64,000 nt of DNA from NCBI RefSeq assembly GCF_947623445.1, contig NC_135244.1, positions 13,142,860 through 13,206,859 of the forward strand. Reading direction: 5' to 3'. The notes below the pieces were generated by a model, which was not told the DNA's origin, did no database searches, and saw only the letters and a list, made by a program, of their open reading frames with translations. Shown here piece by piece: positions 24,101 through 37,268 of the stretch. This stretch comes from Clavelina lepadiformis (Eukaryota). Position 1 is the first letter of the stretch. The number at the start of each line of letters is the position of its first letter. The position numbers were made by a program, and so were the translations under genes.

Positions 24101-27100
24101 TTCTTTTTGCTTTCTGCTGCATATCATTTTTAGCAGGTTAGTTCTACCAACTCTTTAAAAACAGAATGCTATCTGTATTATTTTTCAAAAGTAATATAGT
24201 AACCACAAGCAGTAATTGCCAATTATCAAGTACATAGTTCCATTTTTTATGTAACAATTGCCTTTTTACAACCTGCACCTTTTTAACTTACTGAATTTAT
24301 TGCGTGACGCTACAAGACAATTATGCTTGTGTGACACTATAAGACAAAATTATCCTGACAACTACTCCATAAGTTCATGTCAGAAACAAACAAAAAACTC
24401 AAAAATAAATGCCACCATATATAAAAGAAACTGGTAAAATTTATTTTATTAGAATCATTTATTTTGTCAGTGGTGCTAAAAAACATACAATTTTGTGACA
24501 CTACAAGACATGTGATTGCTACTACTTTTTTGTTGAATAATTTTAAATTTTGTCAAATAACAACAGCGGCATTTCAAGTTGAGGTATGACAAGACATGTT
24601 AAAACCTATTATACTCATACAAAATTGCATGGAATTTCAATGCCTTAAAGCAGTGATTCCCAAACTGTGTGCCGCCACAGATTCTCAGGTGTGCCGCGAA
24701 TCTTTTTGGAATTTTGGAAAAGAACTGTATAAATATTTAAAATAAGGCATGCAGACAAGCATATGCGACTTAAAAGCTTTCTAGCTGCTTCAATAGCTGA
24801 GAAATAAGCACATGTGACGATGAAACCAATTATGGCATTGTCGATAGAGTAGGGTAATTTTTTAAAGCAACATTTCTTCTCTTGTAAGTGTGCCGCGAGC
24901 GTTTTCTAATTTTTCTAGTGTGCCACAAGCTGAAAAAGTTTGGGAACCACTGCCTTAAAGGAAAATACGATATGAAAATACAATAAAAAATTTTATTAAA
25001 ATTTTTTAATTTTTGGGTTTATTGAAAAGCAGTCTAATAATATAATTAGTCAAAATGTTTCAAGAATTCTGTACTTTAGCTTATGTTTAGTCCATTGGTG
25101 CAACATAAATTTAATTTAAATTTAAATTCTTGACTTATTTCCTAGTTGATATTTTGTGAAATTTTTCCCTTCTGGTCTTGCCTGATGGAGCTTTGTTTTA
25201 CTTACTGTATATATTATATACATTCATTATTTTATAATATATTATAAATAGTTATGTTGTTTTTATTGAATTTAATGCTGGTTACACTAGTATTTTGTTT
25301 TTGATTTTAATAGTAGTATGATATGTTACCAGGAAATGCTTTACATCCCATGAAAACAGGTGATATCTATAACTCTGGCACAAATTATTATCATAAATTT
25401 GTTGCCATGCATGTTGTAATTAACGTTATAATTTTGATTTTGGTATCATCTCAATGTAGGTTTCTGCAAAGTACACACTAATAAAACATCACAAACTTGC
25501 TTGATCATGTTGGTAAACGGCATTTTGATTGCAGTTTTTTCATGGTGTGTGGATGCATGTATGCCCATCTGCCCCATCATCCATAAACATTGACTTGTGC
25601 TAAAATAGTCATAGGCTTGATATTCACTCAGTTGCTATGAGAATTTCAAGTCTTAAAATGCACCTTTAGTTTGTATGTTTTCTGTCTGCATTATTATAAG
25701 TATATGAGCCTTATTAATTGCAATGAAAGCTTTGTTTTGAATTAGTATTGAATTACTTTTATTTATTTAAAATCTGCACATATATAATATAGATAAATTT
25801 CTTAATCAACTTTAAAGATGGTTGTTTGCAATATAAACATGAACAGTCTTATTGCTATTAGTAAATGGCTGATTGAACTGGCAGTAAACTTTGATATATA
25901 TGCGGTATGAATTTTTGCAAAGGTTTGCACAATGCGTGTTTCATATAGGAAATTGTTTCATGTTTATGGAAATTTATTATGTTAGAGCTGTAATTTTATT
26001 CTTTTACACTATCAAGTTACATGAAGTAATTTGTTTGGACAGTAAATCATAGCCTAACACATGAATTATCTTTACAACTTGGAGGGTAGAAATTTGTTAT
26101 GTAACTTCAAAATTAAATCCAAATTAGATTTTGTTTTTAAAAGTTCTGTATTTCAATTTGATTAATATGATATAATTTCACAGATACGGTATTATTATAA
26201 CATAATTCTTGAGTATATGCTTGCAGTATGCATAGTATTTGAATGTGACATATCACATATACATATATAATTCATGTACTGGATACGTATACATATTTGG
26301 GCATAGCTACAGTTGGCGTCAACATAGGTCACTTGCATTGGTGAGAAATTTGTTTGTGCAATACAATAAAGCATATTTTGCTTTTACAGGCATAGGCTGT
26401 GTATCACCTATCAATGATCTTACTGGTGCAGACACATCCATGTGCTCTAAAGGAGAGAAGTTGCTTCGTTGCAAACTAGCTGCCCTCTATCGCATTGTTG
26501 ACCTTTTTGGCTGGTCATCCACTATATACAACCACATTACTGTATGATTTATGCTACGACAACTGACTGAATTTATCTTGATAGCAAACTTTGTACTTTA
26601 CCAACCATTTAGCTTTAGTGGTGAAGAAATTCTTTTTTCTAAAAGCATATTAAAAGAAGTTACTTTGGTTTGACATAAATTATATCAATGATGCTTATTT
26701 TATCAAATTTAGTTTACGGAGCTATAACATGTAATATGTGTGTAAGTGTAATATTATACAGTTAAATTGTTAACTGCCCGATTGAAATCCACTTAAAACT
26801 AATGTGTTTACCCTTAATTTATGCTGTTACCTATCTGCTCTAAATCAATCATTAACTTTGTAAATAGGTCCGAGTGAATCAAGAACAAGAACATTTCCTC
26901 ATCCACCCCTTTGGTTTACTTTACCATGAGGTGTCAGCGTCAAAATTGTTGAAAGTGAGAATGTGCTTAATGTAATATGATTTTTAATGACTTTCCAAGT
27001 AAAATCATTAAATTCCCTATGCATTTTAAGTATTTGGTCATGCTTTTCACATATATTCAATATATAATCTTTATGCTTATCATTTTCCTAAAGTTGCAAA

Positions 27101-30100
27101 CCAGCAAACATTTTTACTATTATTGAAAGTCAATGTATAGGGATGAAAATAAAACAATATTCCTTGAAATAGGAAATAACTATTTCCTTTCACATAGGTC
27201 AACATGCAGGGAGAGGTTGTAGACTCTGGTTCAACAACTCTTGGCTTTAACTTGTCAGGTTATACTCTTCACTCTGCTATTCATGCTGCTCGACCTGATG
27301 TGCATTGTGTTATTCATGTGCATACAACTGATGCTATAGCTGTACGTAAAATTTGAAATTTTGGAAAAAAGTTTGGGACATGCATTTTTCAGAAAACATG
27401 TAACACTTTATCGTATTCTTGTCAAACAGATATCTTGCATGGAAGGTGGCCTGTTGCCAATATCACAAGAAGCGCTTATTGTTGGAGATGTTTCGTATCA
27501 TAATTACCATGGTATCCTTGTTGACCAGAAGGAGAAGAAAGCTATTCAGAAACATCTTGGGCCTACCAACAAGGTTCTAATGAATTGCCTTGCCTGATTA
27601 GGCTTCCACTTCCCTTTTGCTCATTTTAGATACTTCATCCCTTGATTATTTAATTGATTTTGCCTGAATAAAAATGTTTCTTCAACAACCACAAGATCTT
27701 GCAATAGATCACACTTAATGGAATGGTTACTTATCTACTTCATATTTATTGCATTGTTATATTACCATAGTGTGTTAAATTATGGTCTTTGCAATGTATC
27801 TATGAGTTTGATTTGTTGTTAAAAATGCTTTCTCAATGTCAATTTGGTGTACAATCATTTGGTAAATAAAAGTAATAATGCAGCTTAAGTACACATTAAT
27901 TGGTAATTTTCTTCAAAGTACATAGGCATTGGTTGTAAATTATTAAGGACTAAGGAGGCCGTTTATCATATGTTATAGGTAATGATTCTTCAAAACCATG
28001 GACTGGTTGCTTGTGGAGAAACCGTAGAAGAAGCATTCCACTACCTCTATTTTACCATGATGGCATGCAGTATTCAGGTAAATTTGCTTTTTGTTTTATT
28101 GCTGAATAGTTAATTTTTACATTTAATGGATAATGGTTGTTGTTGCTTTTTATTTTATTGCTAACGTTTAATCTGTACATTTAGTGGAAATGGTTGTTGC
28201 TTATGTTTTTTTACATTGCTATACTTTTATTTAAAGATGAAAGCAATGTCTTGTGTGAAACCTGACAAGCTAATCCATTTGAATCGATCTTTGCTTAAGT
28301 CTCGCACAGAGGAGGTTGGCAGAAAAGATGTTACTGCTGGCGTTGAAAGTTCAATTAAATGGGGTCCTGGTGAAATGATGTTTGAAGCTTTAGTTCGCAT
28401 GTTAGATGACATGGTATGATTGTCATATATCATTTGTAATTTACTTTTGCGTTTGTGGAGCTTGTCATGTTCACCGTGCAGCATTTTGTTCTCAGTCATA
28501 TCTTAGTTTTTTCAGTTTTTTTCCCTCAATCAGAAAGGTATAAAATATAGATATTTAACTAAATTATTTATGATTGAAGCAAACTTTTATAGTCTGTCAA
28601 AAATAATATGGCAGTTTTAGATGTAATAACTGTTGTAAAATTGTAAACTGGCTCAAGAAAAAATATTTTGCCAAAACTAATTGATGTAGAGTATTTTTGT
28701 AAGAACAGGTATTTGAGCATGGGGTCCGTTATTTGCGGAGTGCTCATAAAGTTGGGGGGCATGGTCAATATGTTGTATGTAAACCATTTCTTTAACTATT
28801 AAAAAAACTATGGAATGAAAATGTTGGTGCCAGGCAGCATTAAATTGAATTTTGAACCATATTACTTTTGTCTACCAAAGTCTGTTGGAGGCTATTTGTG
28901 GTTTCTAATGAAGGTTGTAAACTTGTTATGTTAACTGCAGTGTAACACTTTGTGTAAAACGTTTCATTATACAGGTATATTTCTCCAAGAAATGTTTGAT
29001 TGAAAGGTTTAGAAATTTATTTAAAACAATTGTTGTGTATCATCTCATTCATGTATATGTATAACATTGTATATTATAAATAGTGTTTATAGTTTTTTTG
29101 GGCTACAGTAAAATATGAAAAACAATTTTCATCATCGTGGATAAGTTTGACAGACAACTGTAATCAAATATACTTACCTTAAGCTATGAGTTAGCAAGAA
29201 ACAGCTTAAATGAAGTGCAATATTACCTTATTTTTGCTTACTTACTAGTACATGCAGATTTTTTGGAATGTTTTATTTATCATTCTCCTTTTGCTTGATA
29301 TATACTTTTTTATCACGTATTATTTTGTGCAATAAGGGTTATCGCTCTGGGTATGTGTATCGCAATCCCATTCTAATGAAGCAGAAGCCAAAGCCTAAGA
29401 GTGGTGTTGAAGTACCTGCAACTGCTGTGGGCCATACAGCTGTACTACCTGAAGACCTGGAAGGTTTGTTCATAACTATAGCTGACTTACTTGCATCACC
29501 ATTCTCTGTATGTCCACAGCTATTTTATCATGATTAGTTAATATTCAATGTACTAAAGAAAATGAATCTACATAATTTTGAAGTTATGACACAAATTAAA
29601 TTTTCTCTAAATTTTGTGGCACACTTGCTTCATTGTGGTTTTTATGTTAGTATAGGTCACTTGTCACTTTTTAGCATCTCCTGTCATTACAAAAGAGATT
29701 CTTTGTGGAACAGACTTCAAATAAATGTGCTCATGATCACAAATTTAATTAATACCTCAAACTATATTATGAAAGGATAGGTTCTCCTAGAAAAATGCAC
29801 CCTTTTATTTTCAAAATTTCTTTATCTTATAGACATAATCGCATATGTCCAATGGCCATGCACTTCATAATATCACCATAATGGGTGTAGCTTCAACCAT
29901 ACACTTGAATAGTTTGTTTGCCAATAAAACTGATACTCTATCTTTCTTTGACTGATTGCACACAATTTGCTATGCTAATGCTACACTATATTACACACAA
30001 ACTGTACTTTCAAGTACCTTTTTTATAGATAAGTTTGAAGATACGTTCAACTCAAACTGATTTATTCCAGATGCCCATGATTCTCTTAAACCCACGACAA

Positions 30101-33100
30101 AGGCGCACTGGGTGAACTCACCTAACCAATACACTCGTGTTGTTCAAGCTGTTGATGAGGAACCAGTTTCAGGAGCTTCATCGCAGAATGGTGATGCTAG
30201 CCCACGAGTGAAAGCAAAGGTAAAATGGAATTTTCTTGGTTCACTAATAAGCTAAGATTTCACTGGTTTTTATAGGTTAAAGTAGGATGAGATATTAACA
30301 CAAATGTGTTTCAGTGGAAGAAAAGTGAAGACCCCGGTGCACCCCAAACCACTTCAGTTCGTATTGCGGGCCCTAACCAATTTGTTCCTACTAACACTGA
30401 CCCACGGGAAGTTCTAGCATTAAGACGAAGTGTAAGCATCAATCCTACTTATTATTGTGACAATTGATTAGTGATTATTTTATTACTGTTACTCTTGACA
30501 GAACATCATAGTGCTTATTATTAAGTATATACAAGTATAAATTTTTAATTACTACTGTATCTATGTTGTATATCTGTATGTTGTTGTATGTCTTTATGTG
30601 CACTTACTCTTATCATGGACGAGTTACGGATTGTTTTATTTAGATTCGTGGCCAAGGCAAGAACAGAGCTGGGCCGCAGTCACAATTGCTTTACAATGTT
30701 TCACCAGACAGAAGTCAATCTGTAAGTTTTTAGAGTTAATCTTTGTTATGCCAGGCCAGTGGTTTTGGGTTAAAATGGTTCTTAACCACTTGTGAACTAA
30801 GTTACGTGTGTTTTTGTTTGTTAGCTGTTACTGATAAAATTCTTTCAGGTATATTCAACCATTGCAGTTTAGAAGTTGTTCGTTCCACTTGTGATATTTT
30901 TCATGGTAAAGAAAATTGCATAGAAGTGGACATTGTTTCTTATAATTTGATGTGATCCTCATTTTTCATTTCTTTGATTCCATTGCTATCCAAAAAGTTT
31001 TGTGTGGCTTGTAGAAAACCAAAATCTTTGTTAACATGAAATTCAGGTTTTAGGTTCACAGGCACATTTTATTCATATGCTATCAATACTGTAAATGCAA
31101 AGCGGCTTGTTGGCTAGAATGGTATTATAGTTGATTGCATGGTTTCTATCGCATGTATCTTTCTACTTGATCAGCTTGTAATAAGCTCATTAGCACTGAA
31201 CCCCTTATTACTATGTTAAATGTGGCATGTCAGGATAAGGTTGTCGTGCCGTCGGGGGTTTGGAAGCTTTTGACAGAACACTTTACCAAACGGTTTTCAT
31301 ACGGAGGTTCATTTTTTTAGAGGTTTCACCACACGTACAACTTAGATTTTAGTTTGTGCCCAAGAAAACACACCTTACAACATATAAATGTGTGGTATAT
31401 ATAAATGTGTGTAACACAGGGATGGCCAACAAGTTGATGGCATTTGATTTTGTGTTGACTTAAAAATATTTCTAAAAAATTTTTTCCGTCAAAAAGTTAT
31501 TCTTGTAGGCCTATGGCAGTGATTCCCAAAGCATGAGTCGCAATAGGTCAAAAAATGGGTCGCATCGAGGCGATGCAAACCTGGATCTCAAAGGTCAAAA
31601 ATGAGTTGTGTTGTATACTTCCAATGTTCCTTTTTTCTTCTTTTCAAGTTCTTTGATGATAGAATAAAATGTGTATGATGCAATAATTCAGTCTATTAGA
31701 AAGAACTATTGCATCATATACATTTTATCCAGAGTTTTACAGCTGCATGGTAAAAGATAATGTGGCTGTAAATTCACAGCAAAGATTAGTTGATTATGGT
31801 GCTATTTTGGAGTAAAGTTATTAGCTTACTGTTTTTACCGTGTTTTGTTAAAGGCTTACTTAAGTTAAAAGGTTAATAGTTGTGATGCAATGCTGAATAG
31901 TTTAATGTTGGTAAAAATGTTGATTTAACGGACACAACGGGTAGGTAAATAGGTCAGTGGAGTCAAAATACAGTAGCCTACATTGTTTCATAGTGAGTGG
32001 ACCACACTAAAACTGCTTGTCTGTGTCTGTAGTGTACATACTTGAGAAAAGAGTATATTGCTGACATTGTGTTTTATTTTCAAGTACAAAATTAACTCTG
32101 AAATATCAAAATACCGCTTACTATGGTAATTTGTTGTAAATATAAATCCATCTGCACTAAAACAGTCACAAAAATTTGCATTATGACTTTTGTTCTTTGA
32201 CTTCAGTGCCGGCTGGTGTCAGTGGTCGATCGCAAGTTATCAGGAAATTTTCTAGTCGATCCAAATCAAAGAAATGTTGGCCACTCCTGCTTTAACATAA
32301 TGTTTTTTTTTAAGTTCTAGCACTTATTTGAGATTTATTTTTCTTTTCATGCATGTAATTGAGGGCTACAATGAGCAAGTCAACTTAAGCATTGATGAGC
32401 TCTTATATTTATGGCTGCATAGTGATTGTTACTCATTTGATTGGGTTAAATACCATTGCTTGCTTTTGTTAAGCTTTAAGTTCAGTTATTCATAATTATC
32501 AACCTCTTTGTCTTCACAGAGTAATCAAGTTGTTTCATCAAGCAAAGCCATTATTCAGAAAGGCCAGGAAGTGGAAATTGTGTCCCCAATGGGCCCACCC
32601 AATCCATTTAATGAAATGTCAAGCAATGGCCTAAAAAAATATGAAAAGGAAGTGTGTGGAGGTATCATGAATTTTTAATATACATAATTACAATTTATGT
32701 TTGTTTGTGCGAATTCTGTTATTTTGTGATTATTTTTTTTGTTGCGGTATATTTGATTCATTTGTTGTTTCGCCTCATACCATAGAAAGTCATGTCAAGA
32801 AGGATCACAGCCAGGGTGATGCTGAAGTGACAGAAGAAAAGTGTGCGCAGGTTGAATCAACCACAAAACTCAATGCTTCTGAACCTGCTCTTGCAGCAAT
32901 CCTGAAAGTAGAAGGTTTGTTACTTTTCTAAAGTTTTCTGCATTGCGTTACAAGCTGTTCAATTTAGATTGTGTAGTTGCATGTTATTATATCATGACTC
33001 TTGTAGACGCACATCACGCTGACAAAAACACAAAAGGTGCTACGGCAGAAGCAAAGAACGTTACAACTCAAAAACCGAAGTTGGACAGTGACGAAACTCA

Positions 33101-33287
33101 GAATATTGTTATCCCGGAAAAGTCAGCAAATTTCAACTCAAGCAACAACGCAAGGAGCAGTGATGATGCTCACCAAAGCCCTGACGAAGAAGAAGTTAGG
33201 AGACGGGAGACAGATTCTCCTGGAGGAAAGAAATCTGAGAAGAAAAAGAGGCGTCCACTGAGCTTTCTGAAAAAGAAGAAAAATTAA
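20984..33287 (+). CDS. ADD: adducin gene (aldolase-II-like head, neck, and MARCKS-related basic tail), 15 confident coding exons
   Basis: Spliced translation aligns with vertebrate alpha/beta/gamma-adducins throughout. Examples: [10 protein letters not shown] / DFKEELE..., [120 protein letters not shown]-terminus is [22 protein letters not shown] is 2088 nt (695 aa). All junctions GT-AG. Confidence 0.85.
23002..23125 (+). CDS. ADD: ADD exon
   Basis: AG 23000-01 (weak polypyrimidine tract). [41 protein letters not shown]. Donor GTAAAT at 23126. Anchored on ORF 22903..23136. Confidence 0.75.
24651..24952. mobile_element. hAT-type MITE (302 bp) with 8-bp TSD, in adducin intron
   Basis: TIRs CAGTGATTCCCAAACT... 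and ...AGTTTGGGAACCACTG. Perfect TSD CCTTAAAG at 24643-50 and 24953-60. Confidence 0.8.
26390..26541 (+). CDS. ADD: ADD exon (head domain)
   Basis: AG 26388-89. [51 protein letters not shown]. Donor GTATGA at 26542. Confidence 0.9.
26868..26954 (+). CDS. ADD: ADD exon
   Basis: AG 26866-67. [29 protein letters not shown]. Donor GTGAGA at 26955. Confidence 0.85.
27198..27341 (+). CDS. ADD: ADD exon
   Basis: AG 27196-97. [48 protein letters not shown]. Donor GTACGT at 27342. Confidence 0.9.
27430..27573 (+). CDS. ADD: ADD exon
   Basis: AG 27428-29. [48 protein letters not shown]. Donor GTTCTA at 27574. Confidence 0.9.
27979..28077 (+). CDS. ADD: ADD exon
   Basis: AG 27977-78. [33 protein letters not shown]. 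Donor GTAAAT at 28078. Confidence 0.9.
28237..28413 (+). CDS. ADD: ADD exon
   Basis: AG 28235-36. [59 protein letters not shown]. Donor GTATGA at 28414. Confidence 0.85.
29337..29463 (+). CDS. ADD: ADD exon
   Basis: AG 29335-36. [42 protein letters not shown]. Donor GTTTGT at 29464. Ends in phase 1. Confidence 0.85.
30071..30219 (+). CDS. ADD: ADD exon (neck)
   Basis: AG 30069-70. [50 protein letters not shown]. Donor GTAAAA at 30220. Confidence 0.85.
30315..30431 (+). CDS. ADD: ADD exon
   Basis: AG 30313-14. [39 protein letters not shown]. Donor GTAAGC at 30432. Confidence 0.8.
30644..30721 (+). CDS. ADD: ADD exon
   Basis: AG 30642-43. [26 protein letters not shown]. Donor GTAAGT at 30722. 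Confidence 0.85.
32520..32661 (+). CDS. ADD: ADD exon (tail)
   Basis: AG 32518-19. [47 protein letters not shown]. Donor GTATCA at 32662. Ends in phase 1. Confidence 0.75.
32786..32914 (+). CDS. ADD: ADD exon (tail)
   Basis: AG 32784-85. [43 protein letters not shown]. Donor GTTTGT at 32915. Phase 1 to 1. Confidence 0.7.
33007..33287 (+). CDS. ADD: ADD terminal exon (MARCKS-related basic domain)
   Basis: AG 33005-06. [19 protein letters not shown]...[36 protein letters not shown]. Stop TAA at 33285-87. The lysine-rich FLKKKK tail is the adducin hallmark. Confidence 0.85.
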
Positions 33288-35375
33288 CTGCGAGCCATAG
33301 TAGTTACTTATGCACTACATTTACACTGCTTCACTTGTGCTTATGGATTCTGTGATTTCATTGATACATGCAGCTAAGTTTTATTTGTATTGACGGTAAT
33401 GGTAGTTTCTTGCAAATATAACTGTTTCATTTGAAAACATGCTAATTTTTGCATTATAACGTAGTTTGAAGGCAGTTTCGATGCTAACAAAGCAATGAAC
33501 TTAATTTCTTAGTAATTGAAGGCAGATAGTCGAATGTGAAATTACAAATCCTGTAATTTCATTTTAGAGTTTCGTTTTGCCTAGAAAGTTATGTACATTT
33601 GGCCGTACCTTCACTTAGTGTATGACACTGTTGCTGAAACAATAATGTGATATTTTTGCTCCACTATATGTGGTTAACGTGTTATTTTTAATGACAGTGA
33701 TACAGGTCATGTTGATTTTAACGGGATATTATTGTGTATGTTCATAGTTTCAGTTTTAAAAAAATAACTTGTGATTATGCCTGGTGTTACTCTTATTCTC
33801 TGCAAAACGGTTTGAACTGAATTCACTGCAATGCAATTGTTACTGAGTTTTTACCCGATTTTCCATTGTGGCCAGCTGCTCCTGAATATGTAATCATAGT
33901 TCAGACTGCGTTGTCGTTAGCTTCATTGTATTTAGACGCGTGTGTCGAAATTTACTTTTGTGTAACTCATCCTTGTAATTACTTCATTGTTATTTCGTAA
34001 TTCAGAAGTACTAATTGTGATGCATTTAGTCACTATTATGTTTGGTTGATAGATTTAAGTTTTTGTACCCGTTCTTTTGCTGGTGTTAAGCTGCGCTCTC
34101 TTCAAGCGATAATTTTTATCTCAACTGTACAGTGTCTTCATTTTATTTCAAGTATGCTAGACATGTTTGTCAAACACGAACCTACACCTTACTATCTTAC
34201 CTGGCGCACCTGAAAATCGTCTGCACTATTATCACGCAGCACACGTACTAATCGTAATATTTGTTATATCTGTTTTCTAATTTTTCACTGAAAATTAATT
34301 CTGAAAGCCTTGGCTCACCGATATTTTTCGACGAATTGGTGGAGTATTTTTGTAGTTGTACCAAAGCCTGCCTATGTAGTTTTGCATCCTATAATAAAGC
34401 TGCTTCTTGTTGAAAGGTATGTTTCTTTATAATGGTCGGTATGAAATAGCTGAAATTGGTAAGGTTAAAGTTTCTATTTTTGAGAAAAAATTTATCGGGT
34501 CGATGGTGCCCACTGGTGTTTCTTAACCTGAGCACAAGCACAACCCTGTGGGCGTTTTCACAATTTAAAAAAATAATTTTGTGTGAAAACTAGTTAATCA
34601 TCATTACTGTAAAAAGCAATCTAAAGAAACACAACGCAGTTTATTATACGTAGTCCATACTTATGCCGCAAAAACAGTAGCACAATGACTTTAACAAATA
34701 GGGTTCCTTTATGTTTGATTAAAAAATAACCATAGTGTGAGTTAATTTCGCCAACCATTTGCTACCCTGGTGAACTTTAAACCTCAAATCCCTTTTAATG
34801 CTGTGGACCAGCGTTATTGTTTGTCGGTAAAATCTCTTAATATAGTCCTATTTACTTCTTATCTTAAACATGTTTTAAATAGGCCGCTTAAAAGCCTGCA
34901 GACTATATCTACGTTAATAATGATGTCGAACATTCAGAAGACTATGGTTAGCCATATGTGTCAGAATGCGCTTTATTTAGCGTATACGCGAATTGCGAAC
35001 GCATGCACAATTTAGCGTAAGTATGGTATTTTGGCTGGCGGAAAAGCTCATAACAACATGTTCATAAATTGCATGCACGCTAAACTGGAGTATAAAAAAA
35101 CATAGAGGACAGGCCTGCAACAAAGCGAGTACAACGAAGTCCACTTAGGCTCAGTGGTGAAAGTAAGCCGATACGGCGTATCGGTAGAAAAATAATATTT
35201 ATTTTTAGGTTTGACTAAATCAAAGATAAAAAACTTAATCTTTAAGATTATAAATAAGAAAAGGTTAATAAAACGCTAAGAAAAATGAATTAGTATCGGA
35301 AAGGAAAAGAGAACAACAAAGAAACATTGAGTCTAAGAGCAGATAAAGCAAGTTCAAAAAACGGTGAGGTGAGCG

Positions 35376-36032
35376 ATGTTAGCGCCAAAAAATAGCACAA
35401 TCAGTGACCACCAATCAACGTATCAAGATCAAGGTGATTCCATTTTAGTTCAAAAAACTAGTTTAACTGTTTATCCATTAATATGGAACGATCAACAATA
35501 CGAGGAATTTACACGCAAAAACAGTTGGATGTACGCTATAAATGGAAAAATAGGATGTACTCCGTGTCGTGAAGTAAATAATTTGGGAGTATGAACAACC
35601 CGTGGTGTCAATATTTCTACTCAATGGGCAGTGTCACTTCTTATGGTAGCACAAGAGAGATTCAGCTCTCATCACTGCTCAAAAAGATCTACGAACACAA
35701 AAACTCCCAAGCACATAAATAAGCTATCACTCTACTTAACGGCGAAGAAAGGCGTATTGATTAATTTGAATGCACAAACTGAACAAACTGCCTTTCAATC
35801 CACTGCTCAAGTTTTCAGAATAGGGTATTATGTGTCAAAAAATAACAAACCTTTCACAGACTTTGAAAGTTTGATTGACCTTCAGCAAGCTATTTCCATA
35901 GACATGGGACGTGTATTACACAGTAAAACTATTGCCCTTGAAATAAATGGTCATGTATCTTCACAGATGAGGGAAAAACTTTTATCTGAAATTATCGAGA
36001 GGAGGAGCAAGATAAAAGTTCTAGCCGACTAA
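35376..36032 (+). pseudogene. hAT-derived transposase fragment (TTF-type zinc finger plus DUF4371-like region), stop-interrupted
   Basis: One frame reads YPLIWNDQQYEEFTRKNSWMYAINGKIGCTPCREV (TTF-zinc-finger-like), then a stop, then ...YYVSKNNKPFTDFESLIDLQQAISIDMGRVLHSKTIALEINGHVSSQ (DUF4371-like, as in ZMYM1/THAP0-type domesticated hATs). No DDE/hATC part and no TIRs seen. Confidence 0.45.
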
Positions 36033-37164
36033 TCTACCTGCGTTGGTCACAAATCAACTTTAACTGTGTTTCTAAAAGCTAAGGGGAAAGTGGGAGTCCG
36101 AAAATACTTTTTGGCGTAACCCTTAAAAAATAGTTCTTAATTCTCGCTACCTAAGCATTTTGTGAGCATATAATTTTGTGGAAAACACTATGTAATTAAA
36201 TATCGATGTTAAGACTACTATTGACAGTAGTTATTTTCTTGCACAGAATTGTGTGAAACTTAGCACATAAAACAGTAAATAAATGAATGCATTTATTCTA
36301 CCTAATGAGAACTATGGGCTTTGTGTTGAAAACAATAAATACTAAATAAGTTAAAGTATTTCGCGACCCAGACTGGAAGGTCTCGCGTTGGGTCGCGACC
36401 CACTATTTGCGGACCCACTCTTGAGACGCAGACTCGCTGCAGTCAGATACTTTAGATTGCAGTTAAGGTATTAGCGGCAGATAGGCCTACTTAGCTTAAA
36501 TATTTTTTAAGGTTTTTTTGAACATTTTTCCAGCAACATTTGATTCATATTTCTGTTCCTGCACATGTCTTCTTTGGGGTGAATAAATGTTATCAAATAC
36601 TGTACACTTGATAGTTGATATCTGATATCTTTGCATAGTTTTGGCGTCGAGACAACGATTGTGATCTTCATCGTATGACATTTAATAATTCGCTTGTGCA
36701 CTACTCGTGTGAAGTATTACACAACGAACATATCTGTCATAAAGACCGCATATGCTGGCGGTATTTGTTTGAATATGAGCGAGGACGATAGATGGTTGAT
36801 AACTTGTTTTACTTCTGCTTCGATGGATGAGTTCTCATTTCTCAAATTTGCGTGACTATGCTGTTAGTTGCTTGATTCTGTCTATACAAATTACTAACTT
36901 ATAAAGTTCCCATTTTTATTTATTATAACACAAAGGCTTTTGCCTTCGGGCAAAGCTTACTGAATGTTACATAGCGCTGTAGTAACCAGTGAAATCGATC
37001 ACACGAAAAGGAAAGATTGAAAACATTACATCAGTATTTATATGTGACACACCAGTTCAAGCGAGGAAATTATCTGACGTCATTAAGGAAAACTCAAGTC
37101 TGGTAAACACTGAATTCCAAGATCCCAAATTAAATTCCAAACATCTCAAAAACAACTCGTGACT

Positions 37165-37268
37165 CGTGACGTAATCGTCACAATCGTACTGTATTTTGCG
37201 TTGTATATCATACGATGACGTCATAACCACATCACGGTAAAAGTTCTACATGATAATGATTACGTCAT
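37165..37268. promoter_or_regulatory. cluster of three palindromic CRE/ATF-like sites about 1 kb upstream of the FANCI ATG
   Basis: GTGACGTAATCGTCAC at 37165-80, GATGACGTCATAA (perfect TGACGTCA) at 37214-26, ATTACGTCAT at 37259-68, spaced about 45 bp apart. Function not demonstrable from sequence. Confidence 0.3.
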
